Shown: positions 1 through 16,416 of the stretch, one piece after another
Position numbering within the stretch: position 1 is the first letter of the stretch
How the letters are laid out: every line of letters starts with the position of its first letter
Assembly: GCF_009914755.1 (NCBI RefSeq)
Contig: NC_060928.1
Direction: 5' to 3' (one strand)
Length of the DNA: 64,000 nucleotides
Source of the DNA: the human T2T-CHM13v2.0 reference genome, Homo sapiens
Notes under the pieces: generated by a model
What the model was told of the DNA's origin: nothing
Seen by the model: only the letters and a program-made list of their open reading frames with translations
The model's database searches: none
Program-made: the position numbers and the translations under genes

Positions 1-1754
1 GGCCTCACACAATACTCTTAGCATAGAGAAACCTATGCATCACCAGGGAACAATTTCTGTTTGAAGATAAACATATTTCTCATCAGTACAGAATGAATTA
101 TATCGGAAACAATTTTGTATCCTGAGCTTGGCTTTATTTCTTATTACTATGATTTTTAAAAATTATTTTACAATGTGTGAACAAAGAAGTTATGTATACT
201 TTAATGCTTGAAAATCAGTTCCATTTTTTTTCTCATCCATAAGTATTTTCAGATTTACTTTGATGGTACAGAAATAGAATCATGTAGAAGAGGATATTTT
301 TAATAATTTGGAGTGCATTTGTGAGGTGTGCGTGTGTGTGTATTTTTCAGCATTATAATTCCTTGAAAATTTTCTTTTAGCCATCATTTGTCCTTGCCTG
401 ATCATTGCATCTTGAGTTTTTAATGCTGGGTGGAGTATATTTATGAATACCTAAATTTAAGAATGACTACTCACTAAGAACAAATGAAATGCAAATATCA
501 TTCATTTATAATTTAATACTTACACAGCATACATTTTAACCTGCTTACTTTTTAAAAATACAAAAAAATGATAATGGCCTGAAAAACTGCCCATTTATAG
601 TAGGTAACACCAAGAATAGGCAATCTGTGAAGATGAGAAGAATGTTTGTACAGATGCGAAGCATAGATGTTACTCAGAAGTGAGAGGAAGAAAGGGGAAG
701 AGTTAGAAAATTGCTTTTCCAAATACATTGGCAAATCAACTGTGGAATGCGATCAACACCATTTTTTTGTTTGTTTTACATATAAAATCATTTTCTTCAG
801 TTGTTTTTGAACTATATGTGTGGAAGCAGTGTTTTTTTGGTAGTGGTGATTTATTTGCTTCTCTTTGGCTGCTATTTATATAGGATTACATTATTAGTTA
901 TTTATCAGTAGTTAGAACAGTCAAATTTTTAGGGTCAATATGCCTGGTGTGATGGTTTGTTTCACTGATGCATAGCAGTTGGACATACTATTTTTCACAC
1001 TTTATTACTAACTTCAACATTCTCAAAGGAAGCATTGAAGAGAAAATTGAGGCGGGACAGTACAATTTCTTAGCATGCCTAGAAAACAAAAGATTAAAGC
1101 AAGTAATATATATATCACATGGACAAAGGAAGAGTGTACTCCTGGTTGTATACTAAGAAGCCTTGTATTGCTGGATTTTACAGAGTGTATCCACAGACAA
1201 GTTTTATTAATCTTTGCCTACCTGTCTTGCATTTTCACAGTGAGAATATTCAATAATTCAAAGCACATTCATATGTTGTTATCTTTGGAGATGAGAGGAA
1301 GATTGAATAAGTGTTAAAATGTGCACTGATTTTTACAGTGAAATTCAGAAATTGATAAACATTTTTTAACTTCAAATTTAAATTGAGATTTAGATAACGA
1401 TATATTTAAACATACATGTTAGCTCATATTATTTTGCTAAATGAAATACCTAAATACAAATTTAATATCTTAGGATACATTTGATATTTTTCCATGGCAG
1501 GTTGTTAATATAAAAGTTATTTCTAAAAGCACCACACATACCTATTAATATGAATAGTAAATACAAATCCAAATTTAAATAATCTAAAATATTATTTTAT
1601 TGATAACATTAAAATAGTAATATTTACATGTATTTTTAAGTAATCTCAATTTTTCATGTCATATCTAAGAAATTAGAAGAACATAAATCCATTATAGTAT
1701 CTAATTCACACTTGGAAATGTTCCTGCTGCATACTTTCTATTCAGTCTCTTCTT

Positions 1755-1990
1755 GATTTATTCATTCAACAAATACTCATTTTGTGCCTGTAATTTGCCA
1801 AGTACTGTTTTAGGCATGAGAACAAAATGAATAAATTAGACGCAGTCCATGAGCTCTTGAAGCTTATAATGCAATGAGGAAGACAGGATACACCAAAAAT
1901 TGTGTAAGTAGATAAAAGCTAGTCAGGCACTGACAGGTGTACTGACTTTGATAGAGTGATAAAGAAGGTATCTAGAACAGTAACTTGAAT
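1755..1990 (-). mobile_element. L2 3' end fragment
   Basis: attcattcaacaaatactcattttgtgcc...agcttataatgcaatgagga resembles the reverse complement of the L2 3' end. Confidence 0.6.
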
Positions 1991-2369
1991 GAATTGATGG
2001 TGCAAGCCTTTAGAGGGGGTGGGGATGACAAGCACCAAGACAGTAGGGTGCTAGGTGTATCCATGGAACTGCAAAACCAACGCTGCTTGGGAGAGAGAGA
2101 GAGTGCCAGGGTAGTAAGAAATGAGACCAGAAAGAGTTCCAAAAGGTAAATTACCTAGCGCCTTTATAAGGAAGAGTGAAATAATAAATCATGCGTGATT
2201 AGGCAGATGATGAAACCATGGAGTACCACGATAGTAGTGAGTATGCAGAGCAAATCTAATTTGGAATCTTTTTTTTTATATATACGTACGACATTTTGAT
2301 ATGTGTATACAATTTTTCCATTAGATCATGTGTAATGATCAAACCACAGTAATTAGTAAGCCCTACATT

Positions 2370-2490
2370 CGCTTTGGGTCTGCCATTACTGTCTTAAAAT
2401 TCTCAATAATTTTTGAGCAAGGGAGCCTATACTTTCATTTTACTCCAGGCCTAGAAAATTAGGCCTAGAAAATGAGGTAGCTGGTCCTGC
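2370..2490. mobile_element. MER91-like hAT relic with 14-bp tandem duplication (aggcctagaaaat x2, 2447-2473)
   Basis: tcttaaaattctcaataatttttgagcaaggg...ttcattttactccaggc resembles MER91; the duplication is seen directly. Confidence 0.45.
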
Positions 2491-4005
2491 TTTCTGCTCC
2501 CACTTAGAGGATCTGTAAGAATAATAACATTTGTAAATGATGTACTTTAAAAAGTGTGACTTACAATTTCTGAAGCCCAGAAAAATTATGAAGTGATTAC
2601 TTAAGGAAAATTTTCATGCACATAAATACAAGCAGAGCAGGAGAATAATGAGTTAACACAGTGATCTTATTTTGTGAAGAGATTAACTGAGATAAGTGGA
2701 ATTTCTTACAATTTTAGATTAACATTATGTTATTAATCTTCATAAATATCACATCCTGAGTTCCCATTACATGGAGAGGGAAGCATTTTTAGATTATTAA
2801 AATGAGGCATAGAGCAAATAAATTATAAACTCTCCAAGGAAGTCCCTATTCAAGGGTTTTAAAGTAAGAAATGGCAAATAGAAATAAAGAAAAACTTTAT
2901 TTTTCTTTAAACTTTAGTACTGAATTCTTGGTTTACCATCTTCAAAAAAAATCTGTAATAAAACCCTACCCTTTCATCTATGAATTATAACTTTTTAAAA
3001 ATATATTTCTTTACCAACATTTTAATACAGTAGATTCACTAATATTTGTTAATTTTGAATTTGAAGACATATCGATCTAATGCATTTCCAAATGTGAGCT
3101 TCTTAAATAATAATTGTTGTTCCTTTTATTGACATGATATAGCAGTATTACATTGTAACACTACATGTAATTGTGATTTTGGTAATATTAAACTGTGTTT
3201 GTTTTAAGATTTTCCTCTGTAGCTATAAATGATGAAATAGAAAGTACCAGTAAACCGGAGTATTTTTTCACACTAAAAATATCATATTTTTAAAAGTTAC
3301 AATATTTACATTTCAAGATGAGAAAGTAGGGTTAATAAAAACTGCTATTATTAGAGTAATAGTAACAAAATATACAATAGCATCAGGTTTTTTTTAATAT
3401 TTAATGAAGTCTTCCTCCAATTATTTATATGACAAAAATTTAATTCACAAAAAGCGAATTATTGGAATGATTGCTTTGAAAAATTGCCTGATTAGCTTCT
3501 TCTGCCCAGTCTCTCAAAAGAAAATGTTTAGGTATAACTAACTTACTGGGAGAGTGTGATAAAAATAAACATGCTTTATTCATGTGCCAGGCTGCTCTTT
3601 CTTAGCATGCAAATAAAACTGCATGAGGGCTAACAGCTGCTCTTAGAGTACTGCATGTCCCAGTCTGCTAGGGGAACACAGCTGGAGAAATGTACAGAGC
3701 ATTTTCATCATTGAATCAAACACAAACTAGAAAGCCATTTAGTACTACATATGTAATACTATTACTATTGAAAAGTAGAGTTTCTGTTCTCTCCTTTTTT
3801 CTGACACCCATTTTAAGCTGTGCCCCAGTGGTTCTTTACAGGAAAGTTTATAAAAATACATAACTATTTCATGGTATTTCATCTTGAATTTTTTTGGAAT
3901 ACAGAAAACTGTATTTTTTCCTTCCTCTTTCCTTTTCTCCCGCTCTCCTTTCTTTCCTTTCTGTCTTCCTAAAAGTGTTTCTTTTCTACCTACCAAATTT
4001 TAAAC

Positions 4006-5025
<1,020 letters not shown>

Positions 5026-5149
5026 GTATCATCCACTCTCCTACGGATATAATTAAAAATCCACAATCTTTAGAACTTCAGCTGTCAATAATTCTTCCCC
5101 TGCTGCCTGACACCACAAGCATTTTGTAAATACTTTGGCTCTAAATAGG

Positions 5150-5497
5150 TGATATGGTTTGGCTGTGTTCCCACCCAAATCTCACGTTGAATTGTAGCTC
5201 CCATAATTCCTATGTGTCGTGGGAGGAATTGAATCATGGGGTGGGTCTTTCTCTTCCTGTTCTTGTGGTAGTGAATAAATCTCATGAGATCTGATGGTTT
5301 TATAAGGGGGAATTTCCCCACACAAATTCTCTCTCTTGCTTGCCACCATGTAAGATGATGTCCTTTGCTCTTCTGCCAAGATTGTGAGGCCTCCCCAGTC
5401 ATGTGGAACTGTGGGTCAATTAAACCTTTTTTTTTTTTTAATAAATTACCCAGTCTTAGGTATGTCTTTATTAGCAGTGTGAGAACTGACTAAAACA
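5150..5497 (+). mobile_element. THE1-family (ERVL-MaLR) solo LTR
   Basis: Starts tgatatggtttggctgtgttcccacccaaatctc and ends gactaaaaca; 5-bp TSD atagg/gtagg. Confidence 0.9.
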
Positions 5498-6834
5498 GTA
5501 GGGTAAGGTTGTACCAACTTTGGGGAAGATAGTAGTGACCTCTTGTAACTCTACAATTGTTTTGGACCATTTATATAGTTGTGAAATAGTTCAACCTGAA
5601 AATTTGCCAGCAGATTCTGTGTATCTCAATCTAGCCATACTTCAAGAGTAGCAAGCATTATAAACAGACTAACCTAAAGGAATGTGAGAAATTTCAAGGG
5701 CACCAGCAACCTATAATTTAATAAAGAAGTAAGGAAAGCACAATCTCAGTGAGACAGGAGAACTTTCTAGAATACCTGGGGAAAACTATACTCAATTTCA
5801 CCATAGCTCACAAGTCTTGTCATCCTGTAGTTTATGATTATGAATGCAGGCCTATTTTCAGCTCTAGGACAGCCCTGATAATTTCATCTCAATTATAAGT
5901 TATATTTCAAACATGAAAATAGAAAGATTCAGAGGTCAGGGCCAAAACCAAAGGATGATTTTGAGCTGATTTACAGGAGTCATCAGAGAAAAAAGAAGAT
6001 AGAACTGAACTATCTAGGTTTATTTTGGGCAGGATCACAAAATTGAATCTTGAAACATTAATGTGAGGTTCCTTTTCTGGGGGTATTTATATGAACAGCA
6101 GATTTTTTTTAAAGAAATAAAAATATGATATTGAATTTTTGCAGAGCAACCTAAAAGCATCTTTACACATTTTTCTGAATTAACAGTCTCTTACCTCTTA
6201 TATTCTAAGGAATAAAATAGGGATTTCTTAACTCTTATCTTAATTAGAAAGTATTTATTGATGTTTTCTGTCAGGAAGCAAATAAACTAATGTCACTTGA
6301 GAACTATGTTCCTGCAAAGCAATCCAATGCATTTATTGTCTACTTTGTTTTTGCAGATACAGTCACAGATGCCTTTTCTCTTGTTAAGCAGATGTCTAAA
6401 GAAGAAAACAATTATCATATTTAGGCTGAAAAGATAGAATGTATACTTCACATAAATTGAAAATAAAAATCACATTTCCCAGAAATGACCCCAAACAATC
6501 AAGCAATGAAAGTAGCCTAACACCCATGGGATACAGGACAGCTGAGCTACACTCTATGAAAGAACAGTATCTGTCACAGTTCAAAAACTCATTCAGGTCT
6601 TTCTATCCTGAAAGCTACTATAATTCTTATTTTTCTTATAAAGTGTGATGTTGCTGTTAATTGACATCAAGAAAATCCTTACAACTTGTGTCAAATGACA
6701 TAAAGTAACACAGATTTTTGTGTCAAAAATGTTATCTAACATTGAAATATTTTCACCCAAGTATATATACTCAATATCACACACAACGATAGACCTATGC
6801 ATATTAATTTGTCCCTGTGGAGAGTTTAGCAATC

Positions 6835-7320
6835 TGTGAAGTTAGAGGGAGCACAGTTCACACAAGACCACCCTCACTTCTGACACCAACTACAAATTCA
6901 GGGTTATCCCAAAACTACCCTCATGTTTGGTGATTTGCTAGAAGGACTCACAGAACTCATTGAGAGCTATTATACCCATGGTTATGGTTTACTACAGAAA
7001 AATGATATGGATTAAAAACCACCGCAGGAAGAAGTACCTAAGGCAGACTCCAAGAAAATACCAAACATAGAGTTTCGGTTGTCCTCCCCTCGTGAAGTCA
7101 GAACAATATGACTTTCTTAGCATCAGTGTGAGACTGTACACATGGAGTATTGTGAATCAGGAAAGCCCACTAGAACCTCGTTGTGCAGAAGTTTTACTAA
7201 GGCTTCTTTGTGGAGGCATGATTGCTCTCATCACTGATCTTAGGAGGTCTAGCTATATTAACCAAAATCTTTGCCCTACATAATACTGTTGGTCTTTCTG
7301 GCATGGTCAACACAGACCCT
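6835..7320. mobile_element. MER21-like LTR fragment
   Basis: caagaccaccctcacttctgacaccaac...ctagaaggactcacagaactca motifs recalled from MER21. Confidence 0.6.
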
Positions 7321-7333
7321 GAATATTATCTCT

Positions 7334-7527
7334 TCCCCTTCCTCTCTATCTCCATTCCTCTCCTCTCTCTCCTTGTTTCTGTTTCAACTTTTTTTCATTT
7401 TATGAATTTTCATTTGTTTTCCATTTGAAGAGGTCTGTTTGTGGATGCTTTTATGGTCTTGAAAGATGCAGCTCTATGAGCAATGACCTCAACTGTTCAC
7501 CACATTGTCCCCACTATCTCAAGCAGG
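7334..7527 (-). repeat. Copy 2 of ~195-bp inverted duplication (no Alu)
   Basis: Reverse complement aligns to 4006-4070 + 4382-4504. Confidence 0.9.
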
Positions 7528-8787
7528 TCATTTATTTATTCATTCATTTTATATTAACTTACCAAACAGTTTGGGGCCTATGTGCCTCATCTTACTTTGA
7601 CTGACATTGGTCATAGAAAAACACATAGTCATAGAATGTTGTGATTAGTAGGTAATCACAATATGAAAAAATATACATCCAAGATGAATCGTCAGCTCTC
7701 CCTGAAGGGGGTGACTTCCAAGAGGGAGAAAACTTTGAACTGCCTTTGAGCTGATCTGTCTGTCAAGCTACCTACTGGGTTGATGTTATATGAGTGAGTC
7801 TGCCGGGCTACCCAGGCAGGTGAACAACATAGGGAAAGAAGAATAAAGCAACATGACATATTTCCAGTAACATTTAACAACAAACCACATTTAGACAGAT
7901 GGGAAGAAAACTCAGACAAAAACAAAACCAAACAATACCACAGTGGTTCTCAAATAATAGAAGGCAATAATGTGGGCAAGGCAGACAGTCTGTCATCTGT
8001 TGTTACAGAGTTGTTTGTACATAAACCTTGTACGTCAGCACCTTATTTTTTCTAAAACTAGGCTTTGGAACTGCAAAACCTGAGGGATTAAAAACTTGGA
8101 ATAGTAGGAAACAAGCCGACAATAGTAAGAATCCAATCACCTTGCACAATACAACGATATTTCACTCTGCCTGGGAATGCTTTCTCAGGTGTTATACTGC
8201 CCATTGAACACGACTTCTACACGGCACGTCTGTTGATCTTGAACTGTTTTCTGTCCCAACTATGCTTTCTTATATACTCACCAACATGTCCCAACAAGTG
8301 TGTGACCTTTATTTAGTGCAGGCTAGACATTATATTACATTTCTTATTTCTTCCCTGGGCAAACTCTATTCCCCTGAATATCAAGGCACATAACTCACTT
8401 TGTCCAATGTTTCAACAGAAAAAAATCACCAGAGAATTTTATACACAGTATATTAAACCCAACTTAGAACATAATGAAAAATGTAACTTTATTCTAGTCT
8501 CAGAGTCTCTCCATAAACTTTACTCAGTGGGGGTTAACTTCCGTTCTTCCTCCATGAATACATGGCTGGCCCCGTGCGTGTTCAGCATATTCTTGGACAG
8601 TATACATTCTTTCAGTCGTTTTAAGAAACAACATAGTCACCATTCAGCAAATAAACTTCCAGTACACGACTACATTAAAAAATAGAAGTAGCTATAAAAG
8701 AAAATATTTCTTCTCTCTGTAGCTCAGGTCCGTGTGTTAAAGAAAGCCTAAGCTCTCTCCCTTCTTTTAATCCCTATCACTGTCTGC

Positions 8788-9096
8788 TTTTTTTTTTTTT
8801 TTTTCTGAGGCAGAGTCTTACTCTGTCACCCAGGCTGCAGTGCAGTAGTGCCATCTAGGCTCACTGCAACCTCCGCCTCCTGGGTTCAAGTGATCCTCCT
8901 ATCACAGCCTCCCAAGTAGCTGGGACTACAGGTGTGCACTACCACGAGCATGCCTGGCTAATTTTTTGTATTTTTATATGAAATGGGTTTTCACTATTTT
9001 TGCCCAGGATGGTCTTGAGCTCCTTGGCTCAAGTGACAGGCCCTCCTAGACCTCCCGTACTGCTGGGATTGCAGGTGTGATCCACTGCATCCTGCC
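8788..9096 (-). mobile_element. AluJ
   Basis: Diverged antisense Alu with J-type features (ggctcaagtga, gatcctcct). Confidence 0.9.
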
Positions 9097-9104
9097 TTTA
9101 ACTA

Positions 9105-9668
9105 GTTTTATCTTGCATTGGTTATTTATTGTTTGAGCAATGAGTTACCCCCACATTTAGTAGGTTACTACAAGAAAGATTAATTTTCTCATTGTTTCTG
9201 TGGGTCGCCTGCAAACTGAGCATGGCTTCCCTTTATCCTCTAGTTCTAGGTCAGGGTCTCTCACAAGGCCATAATGAAGATATAACCTAGGCTACTATCC
9301 TCTCAAGTACTGGATTGACAAGGGGAGGATTCACTTCCATACTCACTTTGTGGCTGTTGGCAGGCCTCAAATCCTCACTGGCTATTGGTCAGATAAATCA
9401 GTTCTTTGCCATATGGACCTCTTTACAGGGCAGATCACAATGTGATATCTGGCTTCTCTCACCACAAACAGGTAAGAGAGCAGAGCCTGAAATGTAAGCA
9501 TGGACTCTTTAACCTAATCTCAGGAGTGACATTCCACTACTCTGTAGTGTTTTACTCCTTGGTAGCCAGTTATTAAGCCCAGCAGAATCTCAAGGTGAAG
9601 GAATATGACAGCCTGAATACTAGGAGATGAGGATAACCAGGGAACATCATAGAGGCTGCCAGCCACAA
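9105..9668. mobile_element. MLT1-family LTR
   Basis: Ends ...catcatagaggctgccagccaca; internal MLT1-like motifs. Confidence 0.6.
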
Positions 9669-11023
9669 TCTCTGTGGACCAGGAAGCTTTTAAAAGTTGA
9701 TTCTTTGCCTAGTTTTGATCCTTTATGATCTTTGGGAAATTCCTGTTGCTGGAGACGTCTCACCTCTGGTTACCTTAATCAGGCAATGAGTCTATATTTC
9801 GGTGGTCATTTAGATTTCTCCCTTAGCCTTTGGGCCAAAAGGTGGCAATAATCTTCTTATAACCTAAAACAACCTCTCTCCTCCTAGTAGTGTATACATG
9901 GTGCACTGAAAAAAATCTATATCCCTTACCTTTACAGATGGTAGGAGTACAAACTGATGCCAGCACAGCAACTCTCCAACTTATATAGTATTAAAAATGA
10001 GCATTTACATATGATGCCATATAATTTAGTGTTTGGATCTCCTACTCCCCTGCCACCCATTTGTGCACTCTGTGCTCTTATTTCTTATGGTAAAACAATC
10101 CTGTATTTCAAGTAAACAAACTTAATCAGTTTAATATAGAAACAAATACTCTAGGAAAATTAAGTTTTATTATAAACATATTAATGAAAATCAAAATAAT
10201 TTAAAATATAATAATGGCTTTCAGAGAAAAGTGTTTTTGCTTTCCTTTATTATTTTTGCTAATAGTCATAAAAAGATAAGGAAGTTAGCCAATAATGTTA
10301 TCAGAAAACACAGCAAAGCTTTTAGATGCCCTTAAACTGTCACCAAAATCAAGTGTAATTTACTTTCTTTTATGTATTACTAGCAATACTTATGTCACAT
10401 TTTTCAGTGTTCCCATACTATCAGGGAATGTGTATATTCCACTGAGCTCTGATTATTTGGTAGTGGTGTTACATTTTAACATAGTATGGCCATAAAGTTG
10501 TACTAAAAAATAGTGAATTTTTTTTATTCTGTATGAGGAAATAAGCTATTTCTCCATTCTTTTATCTAAACACTTGATAACATAGGATAAACATTAACCC
10601 TTCAATTAACTAAATATAACAATTGGCAAAGAATTCACGTTAGGAAAGGTACAAAGCAGTAAATCTACAGATTGTTGGTCCTAGGATATATAGCTCTTCT
10701 GGTAATTACAGAAGTCTGTAGTATTTCTTAATTTTTCAGCACAGTTGATAAAGATAATATGGATAGACACTCAAATTGTTTTTATTTTACTTCGAAGATC
10801 AGCACATTTTTGAACATTTAGAAAATACCAGATTTCTCTGGCATGTAATTTCTCTATTTAAGGATAAAAAATCTGATGAACTCTCAAGTCCCTATTACCT
10901 TAAATTCCAAAATTGTTTTAAAAATGTTGAGCTAGTTACTTCTTGAGGAAGGAGAAAGAACAAAATAAGTATATTCATAAACCTTCTCTATTAAAGTTAC
11001 ACAGACTTTAAAGAAAACGTCAC

Positions 11024-13150
<2,127 letters not shown>

Positions 13151-13982
13151 TATATATATAGTATATATACATACATACGTATATACATGTATATATATTA
13201 CATATCTGTCCTCATTAGTTGGAATACAGCAGGCTTTACTAGTGTATCTGAAGTAAGGAGGAACCAGGAAGTGAGCTGTTTTGTAATGGAGACCAGTTAT
13301 ATCTAACAGAGGGCAACAGTGTCTATAAGACTGTAGCCTATTGGATGGGAAGCTATCTTATGCAAATATGATGAATCTTTTAAATTCTGAGTTCAATGCA
13401 GTCTACAGCTAAACTCAAATCCCGGCTCATACTAACCTTGGTCCTTGGGCATGTTTATGCTTCAGTTTTCTCATCTGTACATGGGTTAATAACAATACTC
13501 AGCTTGACAGTAACCATACTGCACAGTGCCTAACACATGTAAGTGCTCAATTAACGTCCATTTCTACTTTCTGAAAATATATGGTATTAGTGTGCAAAAA
13601 GTTGGGCTACATAACTCAAATCTCCTTTGTATCTTAGGTAAGACCGCTTCTTTCTCTGGATTGTTTCTTCTAGTCAAATGCACAGGAATTTAGTTGATCT
13701 CCCAAGTTATTTTGGACCTTAAATTCTGTTTTATTCTTGTTCATTTTCTATGTAGTTTAGATTTAGTTCATTGGACTGATTTATGTTCTGTGTTCTTTTA
13801 AAATTCAGGAAGATGTGTATAGGATAGATAGAGCAAATATATAAACACTCAATTTCATTTACTTTAATATAAAAACTAACAAGTTTCTCATTAGTTATAA
13901 TAACCTTAAAATTGATGTGTTTGGGAAGCAACCTGCATAGTCATTAAAAGCAGGAGTTACAGAATCACAAAAAAAAAAAAAG
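13151..13982 (+). mobile_element. Putative L1 3'-transduced segment with ATTAAA signal and poly(A) tail
   Basis: ATTAAA at 13943-13948, A-run at 13969-13981, then aaagaaaacatcac (13983-13996) matching aaagaaaacgtcac (11010-11023). Confidence 0.78.
13405..13560 (+). mobile_element. MIR fragment (inside the transduced segment)
   Basis: tcaaatcccggctc...cttcagttttctcatctgta...acagtgcctaacacatgtaagtgctcaat. Confidence 0.75.
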
Positions 13983-15186
13983 AAAGAAAACATCACTAAC
14001 AATGAAAGCAGTAACTAATAAATATAAGTTGTTTTTAATTGTGCAAACAATTTGAGATTTGAAAAGTATTTCTGGACCAAGATGGTGACAGAAATTTTAG
14101 GGCATCAGTTTGGTCTTGAAGTTTAACAAGATTTAATTGTCAGAAGTATACTGTAAAGTGTATTCTTTTTCTTCTTCCCCTCTTCCAAACCACAATAATG
14201 TAAAGGGTATGTGGTTATTATCAGTAAGAACAATTAGACCAGAATTCATCAGAATGGATATCATATTAATTCTGTCCTGGTTAACTGTGATAATTTAAGT
14301 CTTTGTGTATTTTCACTTGTTCAATGAGTCACTGGGTATTTTAACAATGAAAAATCGGTCGGAACAGTGTTACACTGAGAATAAGCACTCTTGAAATGCC
14401 CAATACTTTTGAAATAATGAATACCTGTTGTTAGGTAAGAAATTAATAATTATTAAGTTCAATAACTCATCTCCTTTTAGAAAGTCCCACTGTATCTGTT
14501 ATAAAATTTTAAGAAATTTTCGAGGTCGGCGAATTTACAAGGAGCTGTATTTATGGCATCTTTCTGGATCCTACTTTTGCATTCTATCTTTCTGGTTAAG
14601 TTCATTAGGGTTTCCAGCAGTGGTTATCTTGGATCTGAAACATTGTCAGAGATCATATGAAAACCTGAAACTGTAAAATAAGGGTAAAGGAATGGTAGCG
14701 ATTGTAAAATTAAGAACAAAAATCAGATTTCACACAACAGAATTTGAAAGCTTGAAATAATAGAGAATTTTCAGTGTTTCAATAAATAAATAAAATATTA
14801 TTAGTGAAGGGAATTAAGAGTTTGATATTATCTTGATGAATTCAAGGTAGCTGAAATTAGCAAATCTGATTTTGTTTGCATACTGATAGTGTATCATCTA
14901 GTGGGAGAATCAGGTGAACTAAATTCTCAGAGACTGATGTATAAATCAAAGTATAAAAATATTGTGTTGGTAACTTACAGGGCACTGCTTAGATTTCTTT
15001 TTTCTCACAATTCTCTCTTAATGAGATCTTGCAGAATGGCGAACTTCTCACATTTTTTGACTGGCATATTCCTTCTTTAAACTTGTTAATACCATTACTT
15101 AGGTTAGTGTCAACTGTCACTGGTTTCAAGGAGTCTTACAATCTCTGAAAGTTGACATTTCAGATTTCTAACTTAATTCATTGAGT

Positions 15187-15266
15187 TGTAGTTAAACTCA
15201 TATGAGGGGAACTTTAATTCTTAACATGTAGTTAAACTTATATGAGGGGAGCTTTAATTCTTAACA
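15187..15266. repeat. 40-bp tandem duplication
   Basis: tgtagttaaact(c/t)atatgagggga(a/g)ctttaattcttaaca x2, 2 mismatches. Confidence 0.95.
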
Positions 15267-15496
15267 TTAACCTCTCAAATGTGGGTCACTATGTACAAAT
15301 GATGAAAACTAACTCATGTTTTAAATGATAGCAATATGAATGGCAAAAGACTACCTTAGCATATTTTTAATAAAAACTGCTATTGTGCTCAAAACTCCTG
15401 AAAAAATCACATTTTACATAATCAGTAATGAAATAGTTAATATTTCTATTATGAAATATTCTGATGTGTGAAGAATTGTACTGAGTAGAGCCCTAA

Positions 15497-15885
<389 letters not shown>

Positions 15886-15925
15886 GAAATATACATCTTA
15901 AAATATATATTTTAAATAATATATT

Positions 15926-15930
<5 letters not shown>

Positions 15931-15996
<66 letters not shown>

Positions 15997-15997
15997 C
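15931..15997. repeat. (TC)n(TA)n microsatellite
   Basis: Seen directly. Confidence 0.97.
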
Positions 15998-16286
15998 ACC
16001 TATTTAACAAACCTGCACATTCTGCACATGTACCTTAGAACTTAAAGTATAATTTTATATATATGTGTATATATACATACATACATATATACATGTATAT
16101 ATATTACATATCTGTCCTCATTAGTTGGAATACAGCAGGCTTTACTAGTGTCTCTGAAGTAAGGAGGAACCAGGAAGTGAGCTGTTTTGTAATGGAGACC
16201 AGTTATATCTAATAGAGAGAATCAGTGTCTATAAGACTGTAGCCTATTGGATGGGAAGCTATCTTATGCAAACATGATGAATCTTT

Positions 16287-16287
<1 letters not shown>
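15998..16287 (+). repeat. Direct duplicate of 13095-13381 (L1 3' terminus plus flank)
   Basis: Near-identical across ~290 bp, with few substitutions. Confidence 0.96.
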
Positions 16288-16322
<35 letters not shown>

Positions 16323-16336
16323 TCTATCTCTATATT

Positions 16337-16416
16337 TCTATCTCTCTCTCTATATATCTATATATATATGCATATATATATGCATATATATATAGATATA
16401 TAGAGAGAGAGATAGA
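16337..16416. repeat. 80-bp perfect palindrome built of (TC)n/(TA)n/TGCA units
   Basis: Arms checked base by base; centre between 16376 and 16377. Confidence 0.93.

Noticed and set aside
3600-3690. Octamer and CAGCTG motifs as an enhancer
   Set aside because: Short motifs expected by chance in 64 kb, with no rarer supporting motif.
15998-16287. Second, independent L1 transduction
   Set aside because: No poly(A) tail, poly(A) signal or unique TSD; a local DNA-templated copy explains it better.
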